Assembly (NCBI GenBank): GCA_033549025.1
Contig: JAWSUS010000005.1
Location: forward strand, 32,001-96,000
Origin: Desulfuromonadales bacterium
GTDB lineage: Bacteria; Desulfobacterota; Desulfuromonadia; Desulfuromonadales; SZUA-540
Direction of reading: 5' to 3'
DNA length: 64,000 nt
Of the stretch, positions 1-11,026 are shown piece after piece. The notes under the pieces were generated by a model. That model saw only the letters and a program-made list of their open reading frames with translations. It did not search any database and was not told the DNA's origin. The first letter of the stretch is position 1; the number at the start of each line of letters is the position of its first letter. Both the position numbers and the translations under genes were made by a program.

Positions 1-118
1 CCGTCATCTCCAGGGGCAGGCCGTAGGCAAATGCGTCCGGTGCCGGGGCCGCCGCGGCTATGTCGGAAGCGCCGGCCAGAACCAGGGGCAGAATCAATGT
101 GGCCAATAGGATTTTCAT
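1..118 (-). CDS. 5' end of an exported protein, probably DUF3999 family (runs off window)
   Basis: Manual translation MKILLATLILPLVLAGASDIAAAAPAPDAFAYGLPLEMT: signal peptide plus FAYGLPL. ATG at 118 overlaps the DUF2339 stop (ATGA). DUF3999 commonly follows DUF2339. Confidence 0.6.
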   Translation of the reverse strand, partial: MKILLATLILPLVLAGASDIAAAAPAPDAFAYGLPLEMT

Positions 119-2829
119 GAGGCCTCCGAGCCTTCCCGGGCACGCAGGGGCAGAGGTGCCAGATAGCCGATGACCAGGCAGATCACCCCGACGCCGATGA
201 AGGAGACGATGCGTTCGACCGTGCTGGTGTTGGCGAGGTCGACGGCAAAGAGTTTGAGGATGACGACGGCGACCAGGCCGGCCCCCACCAGCCACAACAC
301 GCGCACCTGCCGGCGCGAGGCCCAGAGCATGATCATCAGGGCCGACAGGGTCCAGAAGATGGAGAGGGAGGTCTGCACCAGGTCGGAGGCAGCCATGGCT
401 TGGGAGGAGAAACGCACCCCGCCCCAATGGTGCAGGGTGCGAATGAGCACGGCGTTGAGCCAGAAAAAGATGGTGCCGCCGAACAGCGCCAGCCGGGGAA
501 CGCGCTCGAGACTGAAGGGCTGCTCCCCCAGATGGCGGATGAGCGTGGTGCTCCAGAATCCCATCGCCAAAAAGACAAAAGCCTGGGTCAGGTCGAGAGG
601 GTTGAGCAGGGGAAGGTAAGGGAGCGGCCGCGCCCCGCCCGCATTGATCAGGTTAATCTGGATCGAGCCCACCCACAGAGCGAAGATCACCGGAGTCAAA
701 CCGTAGACCAGGTAGGTCCGCCGGTAGTCCGTGAGGGGCCACACAGCGGCATTCCAGCGGCGGCTCAGGGCCAGAACGAACAGTGCCGGCACAAGGGCGC
801 AGGTGACCAGCGGCCAGATATTGGCGCCGCCGACCAGGTGGTCGGTCCACCAGGCCGCCTCCCAGGTCACCAGGGCGATGAGCAGCAGCAGCGCCCCCAG
901 GTGCAGGGTGGCGAGGTGCCGGGCCAGGCTGCTTTGCCGGTCACGATGGAGCAGGGTATAGAAAACCGCGAAGGCCAGCGGCCAGGCGATCACACCGCCG
1001 TTTGTGAAAGGATGGCGGTTCACGGTCCAGAACGCCTGGGCGAAGCAGAAGATCATGGCCGGCAGCAGCGCCTTGTAGACGTGCTTCATATCCTCCCAGC
1101 GCTGTTTTTCGCCGATGAAAAAGGCGAGGGCGGCGGAGAGAGCGAAGAAGGCCAGGCTGGTTGCCGGCCGGTACGGGGAGTGGACAAAGGTGTCGATCTC
1201 CTGCAGCCCGCCGCCGAACCACCACAGCAGCGCCCAGACCAGGGCGAGGGCGCTTTCCATGCGGGCGGTGGGGACGCTGTCGCGGTAACGGTAGAGAACC
1301 CCGGCGCTGAAGAAGCCGGCGAAGGCCACGGCCAGGCAGCCAAGAAAGGCGCTGTTGACCAGGGGGAGGTTCGGTGGCGGTACGGCGGCCGCCGTCAGGA
1401 AGGCAAAGCCGGCCAGAGGTTGAAGAGCGAGACCGAAGGCGCGGGGCATCCAGCGCCCCTTGCGGAGGGCGAGCCAGACAATGGCCGCCCCTTCAAGGGC
1501 CCAGGCGGCGGAGGTCCAGCGGCCGTCGAGGGCCAGGGGAATGGCGATGGTGCCGAGCACCACGCCCGTCGCCATGAAGGCCTCCACCAGGGTGCGCATG
1601 GCGGGACCGCCGCGGCGGAATAGCGCCCAGGCGGTACCGGTATAGAGCAGTCCCGCCGCCAGGGCTGTCCAGGCCAGGCCGTATTCGTAGGGCTTCACCA
1701 GCACGGCCTGCAGACCGAAGCAGACGATGGGGGTGCCGAACACCAGGGTGCCGTCGACGTACCCCTTGAAATCGAAGGGCTGATTGCGGGCGAAGAGAAT
1801 CCCCAGGGTGAAGTAGAAGAGGAAAAAGAGGATCAGGAAGGGCTCGGTGGTGGCAAATAGTTCGGGACGGTAGTTGCCGTGTCCCCACAGGGCGCCGATG
1901 GCGAAGGTGAAGACGAAGCCGAGCAGATTGAGTTCCCGCCAGGAGCGGTGCCAGGCGGTGTAGAAGATGCCGGCGTTGAGCAGGGCGTAATAGCTGAAGA
2001 GCATAACGTGATTCCCGCCGCCGGTCGAGGTCAGGATCGGCGCCAGAAAGCCGCCGAGGATGCCGATGACGGCGAGGCTGCGGGCGTCCTGCACGATGGC
2101 GAGGGTGGCCGAAAAGATCGACAGGGCGACGAGCAGGGGGAGAACCAGTCCCGCCGGCAGCAGGTGGTAGAGGTGCATCGCCGCGAAGATGGTCAGGTAG
2201 AGGATGCCGATCGCGGCCCCCTGGACGATCAGGGCGTAGGCCGGCTTTCGCGTCCGCAGGCGCCAGCCGAACAGCAGCAGGGCGATGGCACCCAGGCCGA
2301 CCCCCAGCAGACGGATTTCGATGGGAATAATATTGCGCTCGGCCGAGTATTTCAGCAGAAAGGCGACGCCGAAAAACAGCACTACCACCCCGGCTCGTAC
2401 CACCACGTTGCCGCCGGTGAAGTAGGAGACCAGGATGTTCCACAGCTCGATCTGGGGCGCCGGTTTCTGGGCAGGCTTCGGGCTTGGGCGGGGCGCCGCC
2501 GGGCGGGGTGGGGGTGGCGTCGGTTTGGCTGTTGCCGAGGGGGGCGCCGGCAGCGGTTCACTCTCGAACAGAAACTCCTCACTGAGGGCGGGCGACTCGT
2601 CCGGCGCTTCGGCGCGGCGGGGCTCAGTGGCTCCCTTGTCCGACGCTTGCGACTGCAGGGCCTCGTTCAGGCGATATTCCAGGTCGCTCAGACGGGTCTG
2701 CAAATGCTGCAGGCGCACCCACAGCCAGGCTAGGAGGCCGCCGATGAGGGCGCCTAGCAGAAAGCGGTTGTGGGAACTGTAGAGGAAGGCGCCCGCAAGC
2801 ACGCCGATCAGGGTGGCAACGATCTTCAT
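115..2829 (-). CDS. DUF2339 family predicted membrane protein
   Basis: 904 aa, many TM segments, Pro-rich linker, GGNVVVRAGVVVLFFGVAFLLKY and C-terminal VERIVSFIGVG motifs. Confidence 0.85.
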   Translation of the reverse strand: MKIVATLIGVLAGAFLYSSHNRFLLGALIGGLLAWLWVRLQHLQTRLSDLEYRLNEALQSQASDKGATEPRRAEAPDESPALSEEFLFESEPLPAPPSATAKPTPPPPRPAAPRPSPKPAQKPAPQIELWNILVSYFTGGNVVVRAGVVVLFFGVAFLLKYSAERNIIPIEIRLLGVGLGAIALLLFGWRLRTRKPAYALIVQGAAIGILYLTIFAAMHLYHLLPAGLVLPLLVALSIFSATLAIVQDARSLAVIGILGGFLAPILTSTGGGNHVMLFSYYALLNAGIFYTAWHRSWRELNLLGFVFTFAIGALWGHGNYRPELFATTEPFLILFFLFYFTLGILFARNQPFDFKGYVDGTLVFGTPIVCFGLQAVLVKPYEYGLAWTALAAGLLYTGTAWALFRRGGPAMRTLVEAFMATGVVLGTIAIPLALDGRWTSAAWALEGAAIVWLALRKGRWMPRAFGLALQPLAGFAFLTAAAVPPPNLPLVNSAFLGCLAVAFAGFFSAGVLYRYRDSVPTARMESALALVWALLWWFGGGLQEIDTFVHSPYRPATSLAFFALSAALAFFIGEKQRWEDMKHVYKALLPAMIFCFAQAFWTVNRHPFTNGGVIAWPLAFAVFYTLLHRDRQSSLARHLATLHLGALLLLIALVTWEAAWWTDHLVGGANIWPLVTCALVPALFVLALSRRWNAAVWPLTDYRRTYLVYGLTPVIFALWVGSIQINLINAGGARPLPYLPLLNPLDLTQAFVFLAMGFWSTTLIRHLGEQPFSLERVPRLALFGGTIFFWLNAVLIRTLHHWGGVRFSSQAMAASDLVQTSLSIFWTLSALMIMLWASRRQVRVLWLVGAGLVAVVILKLFAVDLANTSTVERIVSFIGVGVICLVIGYLAPLPLRAREGSEAS

Positions 2830-2885
2830 GGTGTCTCCGCAGATGAAGGATGTGTCCGAAGCGATAGCCGGTTCGCCACGTGCAT

Positions 2886-2901
2886 TGCAAAATTGTCACC
2901 A
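2886..2901 (-). promoter_or_regulatory. possible sigma54 -24/-12 element for DUF2339
   Basis: TGGTGACAATTTTGCA on the minus strand (GG-N10-GC spacing), imperfect match. Confidence 0.25.
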
Positions 2902-3020
2902 AGCCGGACCGGTCCTTTCATGTCCCGCAAAAACAGGAGATTAGCCTGTCCTTAGACGTTTTGCTCCTGGGCGGAGTCCGGTATTTGGCGGTCTGACGAC
3001 GCATTTACGAGGCCACCATA

Positions 3021-3051
3021 AAAAAAGCCGACCCCGTGGGGCCGGCTTTTT
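3021..3051 (-). terminator. intrinsic terminator after purB (possibly bidirectional)
   Basis: AAAAAAGCCG..CGGCTTTTT hairpin flanked by A/T tracts. Confidence 0.75.
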
Positions 3052-3068
3052 CGCACCTAGGCGGTGAA

Positions 3069-4544
<1,476 letters not shown>

Positions 4545-4557
4545 TTATAAAAAATGA

Positions 4558-4586
4558 TTGCATTGAGCAGATTGTTTTTCTATTAT
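4558..4586 (+). promoter_or_regulatory. sigma70-like promoter of IclR gene
   Basis: TTGCAT-N17-TATTAT in an AT-rich intergenic region. Confidence 0.55.
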
Positions 4587-4681
4587 TTCGCAACTGTTAT
4601 AAAATTAGATAGTTAAAATTCGACGAATGTAGAACGTTGTAATAAAAATTCGCATATTTGATGTGAGCTTGGGGGCTGGTG

Positions 4682-5431
4682 ATGCGTGTCAGGGGGCGTG
4701 GCGATTACAGCGTGCAGTCTGTGGAGAATGCCTTGATGTTGCTTGAGGCGCTGGGCGAGCAGGATGACGAGGTGACCCTGTCTCAGCTGAGTGAGCGCCT
4801 GGGGATGAACAAGGCGAGTGTCTTTCGTCTGCTGGCGACCTTTGAGAACCGCGGGTATGTCGAGCGTCGGCAGGGGGCGGGGGGGTACGGCCTGGGGCCG
4901 CTGGCCTATGAGGTCGGTCAGAAGCTCCTGTCCCGGATGGATCTGTTGCGCAAGTCGAAGCCCGTTATGGAGGGGCTGGCCCGTGAGTATCGGGAGGCGG
5001 TCTACCTGGTGGTGCGTCGAGGGGAAGAGGCGCTGTTTCTGGATGGCGTCGACAGTTCGCACCAGGTGAAGGTGGTTTCTCTGGTGGGGAAACGGTTCCC
5101 GCTGGATGCCTGCGCGGCGGGCCGGGTATTGCAGGCTTTTGAGGGTGGTGGACCCACTGCGATGGCGGGCTGTCTGGAGGCTGTATTGCTGCCAGCTGAC
5201 GATGCGGCGATTCGCGAGTGCGGGGCCTGCGCCGATCTGCATGGCGTCGGGCTGGGCAGTGCCGCGCTGGCAGTGCCTCTGCTGGCTGGCGGCGGTCGGG
5301 CGATCGGGGCGCTGACCGTGGTGGGGCCCGACTTTCGCCTCGATGCCGACGGCTTGTCGATGCGGTTGCTGGCCGCCCTGTGCGGGGCCGCAGAGGTGGT
5401 CAATTCGCGAATGGGATTTGTTTCCGGTTGA
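4682..5431 (+). CDS. IclR family transcriptional regulator
   Basis: VQSVENALMLLEAL..LSQLSERLGMNKASVFRLLATF HTH and IclR effector-domain features (CAAGRV, LAVPLL). Confidence 0.9.
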   Translation: MRVRGRGDYSVQSVENALMLLEALGEQDDEVTLSQLSERLGMNKASVFRLLATFENRGYVERRQGAGGYGLGPLAYEVGQKLLSRMDLLRKSKPVMEGLAREYREAVYLVVRRGEEALFLDGVDSSHQVKVVSLVGKRFPLDACAAGRVLQAFEGGGPTAMAGCLEAVLLPADDAAIRECGACADLHGVGLGSAALAVPLLAGGGRAIGALTVVGPDFRLDADGLSMRLLAALCGAAEVVNSRMGFVSG

Positions 5432-5557
5432 ATTGTGAAGCATTGGCGGGGACCGTTTTAGGTCGTTAAGTGGCTAAATTGAAATGCTTTTTTAAATTTT
5501 TCCGACGGCAGTCGCGAGGTTGTTTGTAAAAAATTCAAACAGAGTTTTAAATTTTTG

Positions 5558-5585
5558 TTGACATGTGAATTTCTTTGGCGATAAT
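5558..5585 (+). promoter_or_regulatory. sigma70-like promoter for the DUF4212-symporter operon
   Basis: TTGACA-N16-GATAAT. Confidence 0.45.
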
Positions 5586-5852
5586 TGGACGAAAGTCAAT
5601 GAAATAAGGTTTTGTTGAAAATAACAATGTTACTCGTATTTGGTTTACCTCGATTCAATGATGTGGTTAGAAGTGGCTTTCGATGTGGGGTTTCGCGTTC
5701 AATTAAACTACTTTTTTAGCTAGGAGGTGCTCGGGCAAAATAGACGAAACGATTTTTGCCGCTAGAATGAACATTGGGTTTAAAAACGAAAGGGAAGGTT
5801 TCGCATGGTGAAATGGCGGTGAGCCATTTTCCCCAACCAGGAGGAGGTTTTT

Positions 5853-6107
5853 ATGGACAGAAGTGCACAAGCGTATTGGAAGTCAGTTCTAACACTGGTG
5901 GCCCAGATCCTGGTGGTCTGGTTTGTGGTGTCCTACGGGGCGGGCATTATGTTTGCCGATGCCCTCAACAACATCAAGCTGGGTGGCTACCCCCTGGGCT
6001 TCTGGTTCGCTCAGCAGGGGTCGATGTACATCTTCGTGGCTCTTATCTTCATCTATGCGTATCTGATGAATAAGATCGACGAAAAATTTGACGTTCACGA
6101 GCAATAA
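5853..6107 (+). CDS. DUF4212 small membrane subunit of solute:sodium symporter
   Basis: 84 aa, AYW..GYPLGFWFAQQGS motif, AGGAGGAGG RBS, directly upstream of an SSF permease. Confidence 0.9.
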   Translation: MDRSAQAYWKSVLTLVAQILVVWFVVSYGAGIMFADALNNIKLGGYPLGFWFAQQGSMYIFVALIFIYAYLMNKIDEKFDVHEQ

Positions 6108-6120
6108 GGGAGGAGCCCAC

Positions 6121-7932
6121 ATGAGTCTTGCAGCAATCACCTATCTGGTAGTTGGTCTCACTTTTGCTCTGTATATCGGCATCGCCATCTGGGCCCGGGC
6201 CGGGAGCACCAGTGAATTCTATGTCGCCGGCGGCGGCGTTCACCCTGTCCTGAACGGTATGGCTACCGGCGCTGACTGGATGTCGGCCGCCTCGTTCATC
6301 TCCATGGCTGGTCTGATCTCCAACATGGGCTACGGCGGCTCTCTCTTTCTTATGGGCTGGACCGGCGGCTACGTTCTGCTGGCTATGCTGTTGGCCCCCT
6401 ATCTGCGCAAGTTCGGTAAATTTACCGTGCCGCAGTTCGTCGGGGATCGTTTCTATTCCAAGGGGGCGAGCTCGGTGGCGGTCATCTGTCTGCTGACGGC
6501 TTCGCTGACCTACATCATCGGTCAGATGACCGGCGTCGGTGTCGCCTTCTCCCGCTTCCTCGGCGTCTCCAACTCTACCGGTATCTACATCGGTATGGCC
6601 ATCGTCTTCATGTACGCTGTTTTCGGCGGCATGAAGGGCATCACCTACACCCAGGTCGCCCAGTACTGCGTCCTGATTCTGGCTTACACCATTCCGGCCA
6701 TCTTCATCTCCCTGCAGTTGACCGGCAACCCCATCCCCCAGTTGGGCCTCGGCTCCGACATGGTAGGCAGCAGCGTCAGCCTGCTCGAGAAACTCAACCT
6801 CATCGTGACCGATCTCGGTTTCGCCGAATACACGACCTCGGTGCCGGGCAGCAAGCTGAACATGTTCGTCTACACCGTCTCCCTGATGATCGGTACGGCT
6901 GGTCTGCCCCACGTTATCGTGCGCTTCTTCACGGTGCCCAAGGTTAAGGACGCCCGTTACTCGGCTGGTTGGGCTCTGGTCTTCATCGCCATCCTCTACA
7001 CCACGGCGCCTGCCGTGGCCGCCATGGCCAAGATGAACCTGCACGCCACCGTCAACAAGGCCGTCATGTCGGATGGCGACATGTATGCCACGGAAAACAG
7101 CATCGTGTACGACGAGCGTCCGGCCTGGATGCAGCGTTGGGAAGTTACCGGCCTGCTCAAGTTCGAAGACAAGAACGGCGACGGCCGCATCCAGTACTAC
7201 AACGACAAGACCAAGAACCCCGAGGTTCTGGCCAAGGCCCAGGCGGCCGGCTGGCAGGGCAACGAGCTTTCGGTCAACGCCGATATCATGGTTCTGGCCA
7301 ATCCTGAGATCGCCATGCTGCCCAACTGGGTCATCGCCCTGGTTGCTGCCGGTGGTCTGGCCGCCGCTCTCTCCACCGCGGCCGGTCTGCTCCTCGCCAT
7401 CTCCTCGGCAATCTCCCATGACCTGCTCAAGGACATGTGGATGCCCAACATGAGTGAAAAAGGCGAACTGATGGCCGGTAAGATCGCCATGGCTTGCTCC
7501 ATCGTCGTGGCCGGCTACCTCGGTCTCAACCCGCCGGGCTTCGCCGCCGGTACCGTCGCTCTGGCCTTCGGTATCGCCGCCAGCTCCCTCTTCCCCTGTC
7601 TGATGATGGGTATCTTCAACAAGCGCATGAACAAAGAAGGCGCCATCGCCGGTATGCTCGCCGGTCTGCTGATCACCCTCTTCTACGTCTTCGCTCACAA
7701 GGGGATCTTCTTCATCAAGGGCACTGACTATCTCGGCCTGATCGGCGGCGCCAACTCTTTCTTCGGCATCACCCCCGAGGCCTTCGGCGCCATCGGTGCC
7801 CTGATCAACTTCGGTGTGGCTTATTTGGTCAGCAAAGTGACCGCTGCTCCCCCCGAGCACATCCAGCACCTGGTCGAAAGCGTTCGCGTACCTCGCGGCG
7901 CCAAGGCTGTGGATGGCAGCCACGGGCACTAG
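6121..7932 (+). CDS. actP: sodium:solute symporter, ActP-like cation/acetate permease
   Basis: NGMATGADWMSAASFISMAG, GTAGLPHVIVRFFTVP, AAGGLAAALSTAAGLL; substrate inferred from family. Confidence 0.85.
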   Translation: MSLAAITYLVVGLTFALYIGIAIWARAGSTSEFYVAGGGVHPVLNGMATGADWMSAASFISMAGLISNMGYGGSLFLMGWTGGYVLLAMLLAPYLRKFGKFTVPQFVGDRFYSKGASSVAVICLLTASLTYIIGQMTGVGVAFSRFLGVSNSTGIYIGMAIVFMYAVFGGMKGITYTQVAQYCVLILAYTIPAIFISLQLTGNPIPQLGLGSDMVGSSVSLLEKLNLIVTDLGFAEYTTSVPGSKLNMFVYTVSLMIGTAGLPHVIVRFFTVPKVKDARYSAGWALVFIAILYTTAPAVAAMAKMNLHATVNKAVMSDGDMYATENSIVYDERPAWMQRWEVTGLLKFEDKNGDGRIQYYNDKTKNPEVLAKAQAAGWQGNELSVNADIMVLANPEIAMLPNWVIALVAAGGLAAALSTAAGLLLAISSAISHDLLKDMWMPNMSEKGELMAGKIAMACSIVVAGYLGLNPPGFAAGTVALAFGIAASSLFPCLMMGIFNKRMNKEGAIAGMLAGLLITLFYVFAHKGIFFIKGTDYLGLIGGANSFFGITPEAFGAIGALINFGVAYLVSKVTAAPPEHIQHLVESVRVPRGAKAVDGSHGH

Positions 7933-7974
7933 GATTTTTGTCAGACATGTACAGAATGGCAGTTTGATTTTCTT

Positions 7975-8005
7975 ACCCCGCCAGTGCGCTGGCGGGGTTT
8001 TTTTT
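7975..8005 (+). terminator. intrinsic terminator
   Basis: ACCCCGCCAG-tgcg-CTGGCGGGGT followed by a T run. Confidence 0.9.
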
Positions 8006-8099
8006 CAGATTTTTATTGCTTGCGACCTCCATCATCGGGTAAAAATGGGTTCGTTTGAAACGGTGTTTTGGGTTTGTTGAAGATGACGGGAGTCTGATT

Positions 8100-8486
8100 A
8101 TGTTCGGCTACTACTTTAATTTCGTACTGCAATGGGTTTTGTTCCTCGCCCTTTTCCCCATGGCTTTCTTCTGGCTGCGGCGGGCCTGGCGGATATTCGG
8201 CAAGCGTGATTATTCCGAAGTCGCCCTCAGGCGGGGAGAGTCTCCTCCTCATCCCGAAAAATGGGCCACCCTCGTGGGACTGGTCAACCTGGCCGCCGGC
8301 CTGGTAGCCGTCGGAACCACCCTGGGGATTCTGCTCGGACTGGGGGCGCTGCGCGACCCGCAATCGTGGATCGCCGTGGCCGGTTCGACCATCTGGATCA
8401 AGATTTTCCTCGATTTCATCATCAGCCGGCAGGCCCATCCGATGAATCTGGGCCGCAAAAAGAAGAAAGACTCCTCCGCTTCCTGA
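8100..8486 (+). CDS. hypothetical membrane protein (about 3 TM)
   Basis: 128 aa from ATG 8100 with GGGAG RBS, hydrophobic segments, basic C-terminal tail. Confidence 0.7.
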   Translation: MFGYYFNFVLQWVLFLALFPMAFFWLRRAWRIFGKRDYSEVALRRGESPPHPEKWATLVGLVNLAAGLVAVGTTLGILLGLGALRDPQSWIAVAGSTIWIKIFLDFIISRQAHPMNLGRKKKKDSSAS

Positions 8487-8516
8487 TGGCGGAGAGGTTA
8501 GTGTGAAAAGTGAAAG

Positions 8517-8543
8517 AAGCTTCCCGTTCCAGGAGGCTTTTTT
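8517..8543 (+). terminator. possible intrinsic terminator
   Basis: AAGCTTCC..GGAGGCTT followed by Ts. Confidence 0.45.
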
Positions 8544-8593
8544 CGTATGGCGGAACAGCAGAACTAAGCGAGACGGCCAACAGCGGGGTTAGC

Positions 8594-10510
8594 ATGGACT
8601 TGATCAGGACTTTGCAGGATACGGAACCCTTCAGCCAACTTCCGGCTGAAATTCTGGCCGATTTTGAAGAGCAGGCCGTCATCCAGAAATTCCCTCCTCA
8701 CACTCATGTTTTTAACCAGCACGATCCCCCTACCGGCTACCTCTACCTGATCAGCACAGGCCTGGTGGAGATCGTCGCGCTGACACCCGGCGGAGTGGAG
8801 ATGGTCGTCGACTACCGCAAGGAGGGGCAGTTCTTCGGCGCTACCCCTATTTTTACTGGCGAGCGCTATACGGCCGGGGCCCGTACGGTCAAAGCGACGG
8901 AGTGCTACCTGCTGCCACAGGAGCTGCTGACCCGCGCCGCCAAGCACTGCCCCCAGATTACCGAGCATTTCACCCGCACGATCCTCTCCCGGGTACGCAG
9001 CCTCTATTCGGATATGGTCGAAGATCATACCCAAAAGGCGCTGACGCAGATGGAGGCCTACCCCTTCAAGAAGCGCCTCTCCGAGATCATGTCCTCGCCG
9101 GTGGTAACCTGTGCGCCGACGACCTCGGCGCGGGAGGTGGCCCGTTTGATGATCGAACGCGGCATCGGTTCGCTCATCGTTCGCGACGACCAGAAGGCCG
9201 CCGCAGGGATCATCACCGAGCACGACCTGGTACGCAAGGTCATGGCCCGGGAGGGCACCGATTGTGACACCCTGACCGCCGCCGAGGTGATGACCCCCAA
9301 TCCACACACCATGCCCGTAAATGCCTACATGTACGAGGCCACCAGTTTTCTCTTGGGGCATCGCATCAAGCACCTGCCGGTCATCGACCGCGGCGAGGTG
9401 GTGGGTATGGTGACCCTGCGCGACCTCATGAAGTACCGCAGCCAGAAGTCGATGATCCTGGTGGGCAGCGTCAAGGAGGCGCGATCCATCGATGAGCTGG
9501 TGACGGCCCGGGCCAGCGTGGTCAAGGTGGCCAAAGCCCTCATGGGGGAGGCGCGCTCCCATTTCGAGACCATGGAGATCCTCTCCTACATTCACCACTG
9601 CATCATGCGGCGCTGTTTCGATCTCATCCTCGAGGAGATGAAGCAGGAGGGGAAGACGCCGCCCCCCATCCGGTTCTGCCTCATTATCATGGGCAGCGGC
9701 GGCCGCAAGGAGATGCTTCTCAACCCGGACCAGGACAACGGCCTGCTCTACGAGGATTTCCCCGATTCGGAGCTGGAGCGGGTCGAAGCCTTCTTCCAGC
9801 CTTTTTCTGAGCGACTGGTTCAGGCTTTCGAACGCATTGGCTATCCCCTGTGCAACGGCAAGGTCATGGCCAACAACCCCTACTGGCGTGGCAGGCTCAA
9901 GGACTGGCAGGAGCGCATCAACCGCTGGATCACCGTGCCAGAGCCGAAACGGGTCATGTATTCCACCATCTTTCTCGACTTCATGCCTTTGGCCGGTGAC
10001 GCGACCCTCTGCCGGGATCTGCGCAGCATTCTGCATGACGCCTTGCGGCGCCACCCGATCTTCTTCTTCTACCTGCTGGAGAACGATCTGAACCTCAAAT
10101 CCCCTCTCGGCATGCTGGGGCGCTTCGTGGTGGAAAAGAGCGGCGAACACAAAGGTCTTATCTCGCTGAAACAGGCCGGTAGCGTCTTTATCGTCGATTG
10201 CGTGCGCATGTTTCTGCTGGAGAAGGGGGTAGACGCCACCACCACGGTGGAGCGGCTGGATGAGCTGGCCCGGCTGGGCGTGTTCAGTTACGAGACGGCC
10301 GAGCATCTCAAGGCGGCCTTCGAAGCCTTCACCTTTCTGCGCCTGCGCCACGAAATCGCCCTTATCGAGCAGGGAAAAACCCCTTCCCACTACATCGATC
10401 CCTACGCGCTCACCAAAAACGAGCAGGATATCCTGCGCGAGGCTCTGCGGGCCGCCGCCAAGCTGCAGGATTCCACCAAGCGCCACTTTGGGCGGGGCAT
10501 GCGCAGCTGA
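8594..10510 (+). CDS. cNMP-binding + CBS pair + DUF294 nucleotidyltransferase-like signalling protein
   Basis: cNMP domain (GQFFGA), two CBS repeats, GSGGRKEMLLNPDQDNGLL NTase motif, DUF294_C-like end. Confidence 0.9.
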   Translation: MDLIRTLQDTEPFSQLPAEILADFEEQAVIQKFPPHTHVFNQHDPPTGYLYLISTGLVEIVALTPGGVEMVVDYRKEGQFFGATPIFTGERYTAGARTVKATECYLLPQELLTRAAKHCPQITEHFTRTILSRVRSLYSDMVEDHTQKALTQMEAYPFKKRLSEIMSSPVVTCAPTTSAREVARLMIERGIGSLIVRDDQKAAAGIITEHDLVRKVMAREGTDCDTLTAAEVMTPNPHTMPVNAYMYEATSFLLGHRIKHLPVIDRGEVVGMVTLRDLMKYRSQKSMILVGSVKEARSIDELVTARASVVKVAKALMGEARSHFETMEILSYIHHCIMRRCFDLILEEMKQEGKTPPPIRFCLIIMGSGGRKEMLLNPDQDNGLLYEDFPDSELERVEAFFQPFSERLVQAFERIGYPLCNGKVMANNPYWRGRLKDWQERINRWITVPEPKRVMYSTIFLDFMPLAGDATLCRDLRSILHDALRRHPIFFFYLLENDLNLKSPLGMLGRFVVEKSGEHKGLISLKQAGSVFIVDCVRMFLLEKGVDATTTVERLDELARLGVFSYETAEHLKAAFEAFTFLRLRHEIALIEQGKTPSHYIDPYALTKNEQDILREALRAAAKLQDSTKRHFGRGMRS

Positions 10511-10611
10511 CCTGCAGATCCAGCCGGTTTTATCCTTTCCCCTTGCGCCGTCGTCCGGCGGTCACTATATTACCTCTTCACTCACTTTCGCCTGCTTTCA
10601 CGGGAGGTCCT

Positions 10612-11022
10612 ATGCAGATGATAAAAGTATTGTTGTTGATTTTGTTCGCCCTGTTGCCGGCCTGCACCGACAGTGAGCCGAAAACGGAGACGGCGCCGCC
10701 GGCGGTGGCGGCTTCCGGGCAGGCGGCTGAACAGGCCGCGGGTCCTTTTCTGGTCTTTTTTCTCGACCCCAACGGCGGACCCTGTCGCATGCAGAATGAC
10801 ATCCTGAACCGGATGGCGGATGAGCTGGATGGCAAGGCCGAACTTCGCTATGTGCAGACGACGGTGCCGACGGACCTCAACTATTTCTATGCCTACGGTA
10901 TTCGCGGCCTGCCGGCGCTGGTGCTGGTCGATGGCGAGGGGCGCGAAATCAAGCGTCTTCCCCCCGGCGTGCGCAGCGCCGAGGAGATCCGTCAACTGCT
11001 GAAAAGCGCCGCGAACCCGTGA
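10612..11022 (+). CDS. thioredoxin-fold lipoprotein with single-Cys active site
   Basis: Lipobox LLPAC, FFLDPNGGPC, YGIRGLPALVLVD (cis-Pro loop). Confidence 0.75.
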   Translation: MQMIKVLLLILFALLPACTDSEPKTETAPPAVAASGQAAEQAAGPFLVFFLDPNGGPCRMQNDILNRMADELDGKAELRYVQTTVPTDLNYFYAYGIRGLPALVLVDGEGREIKRLPPGVRSAEEIRQLLKSAANP

Positions 11023-11026
11023 GGTC

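Noticed and set aside
5730..5765. GGCAAA-containing hairpin as a c-di-GMP-I riboswitch (also near 54095-54120)
   Set aside because: Lacks the GAAA tetraloop stem followed by GACGCAAAG and the P2 stem of the GEMM motif
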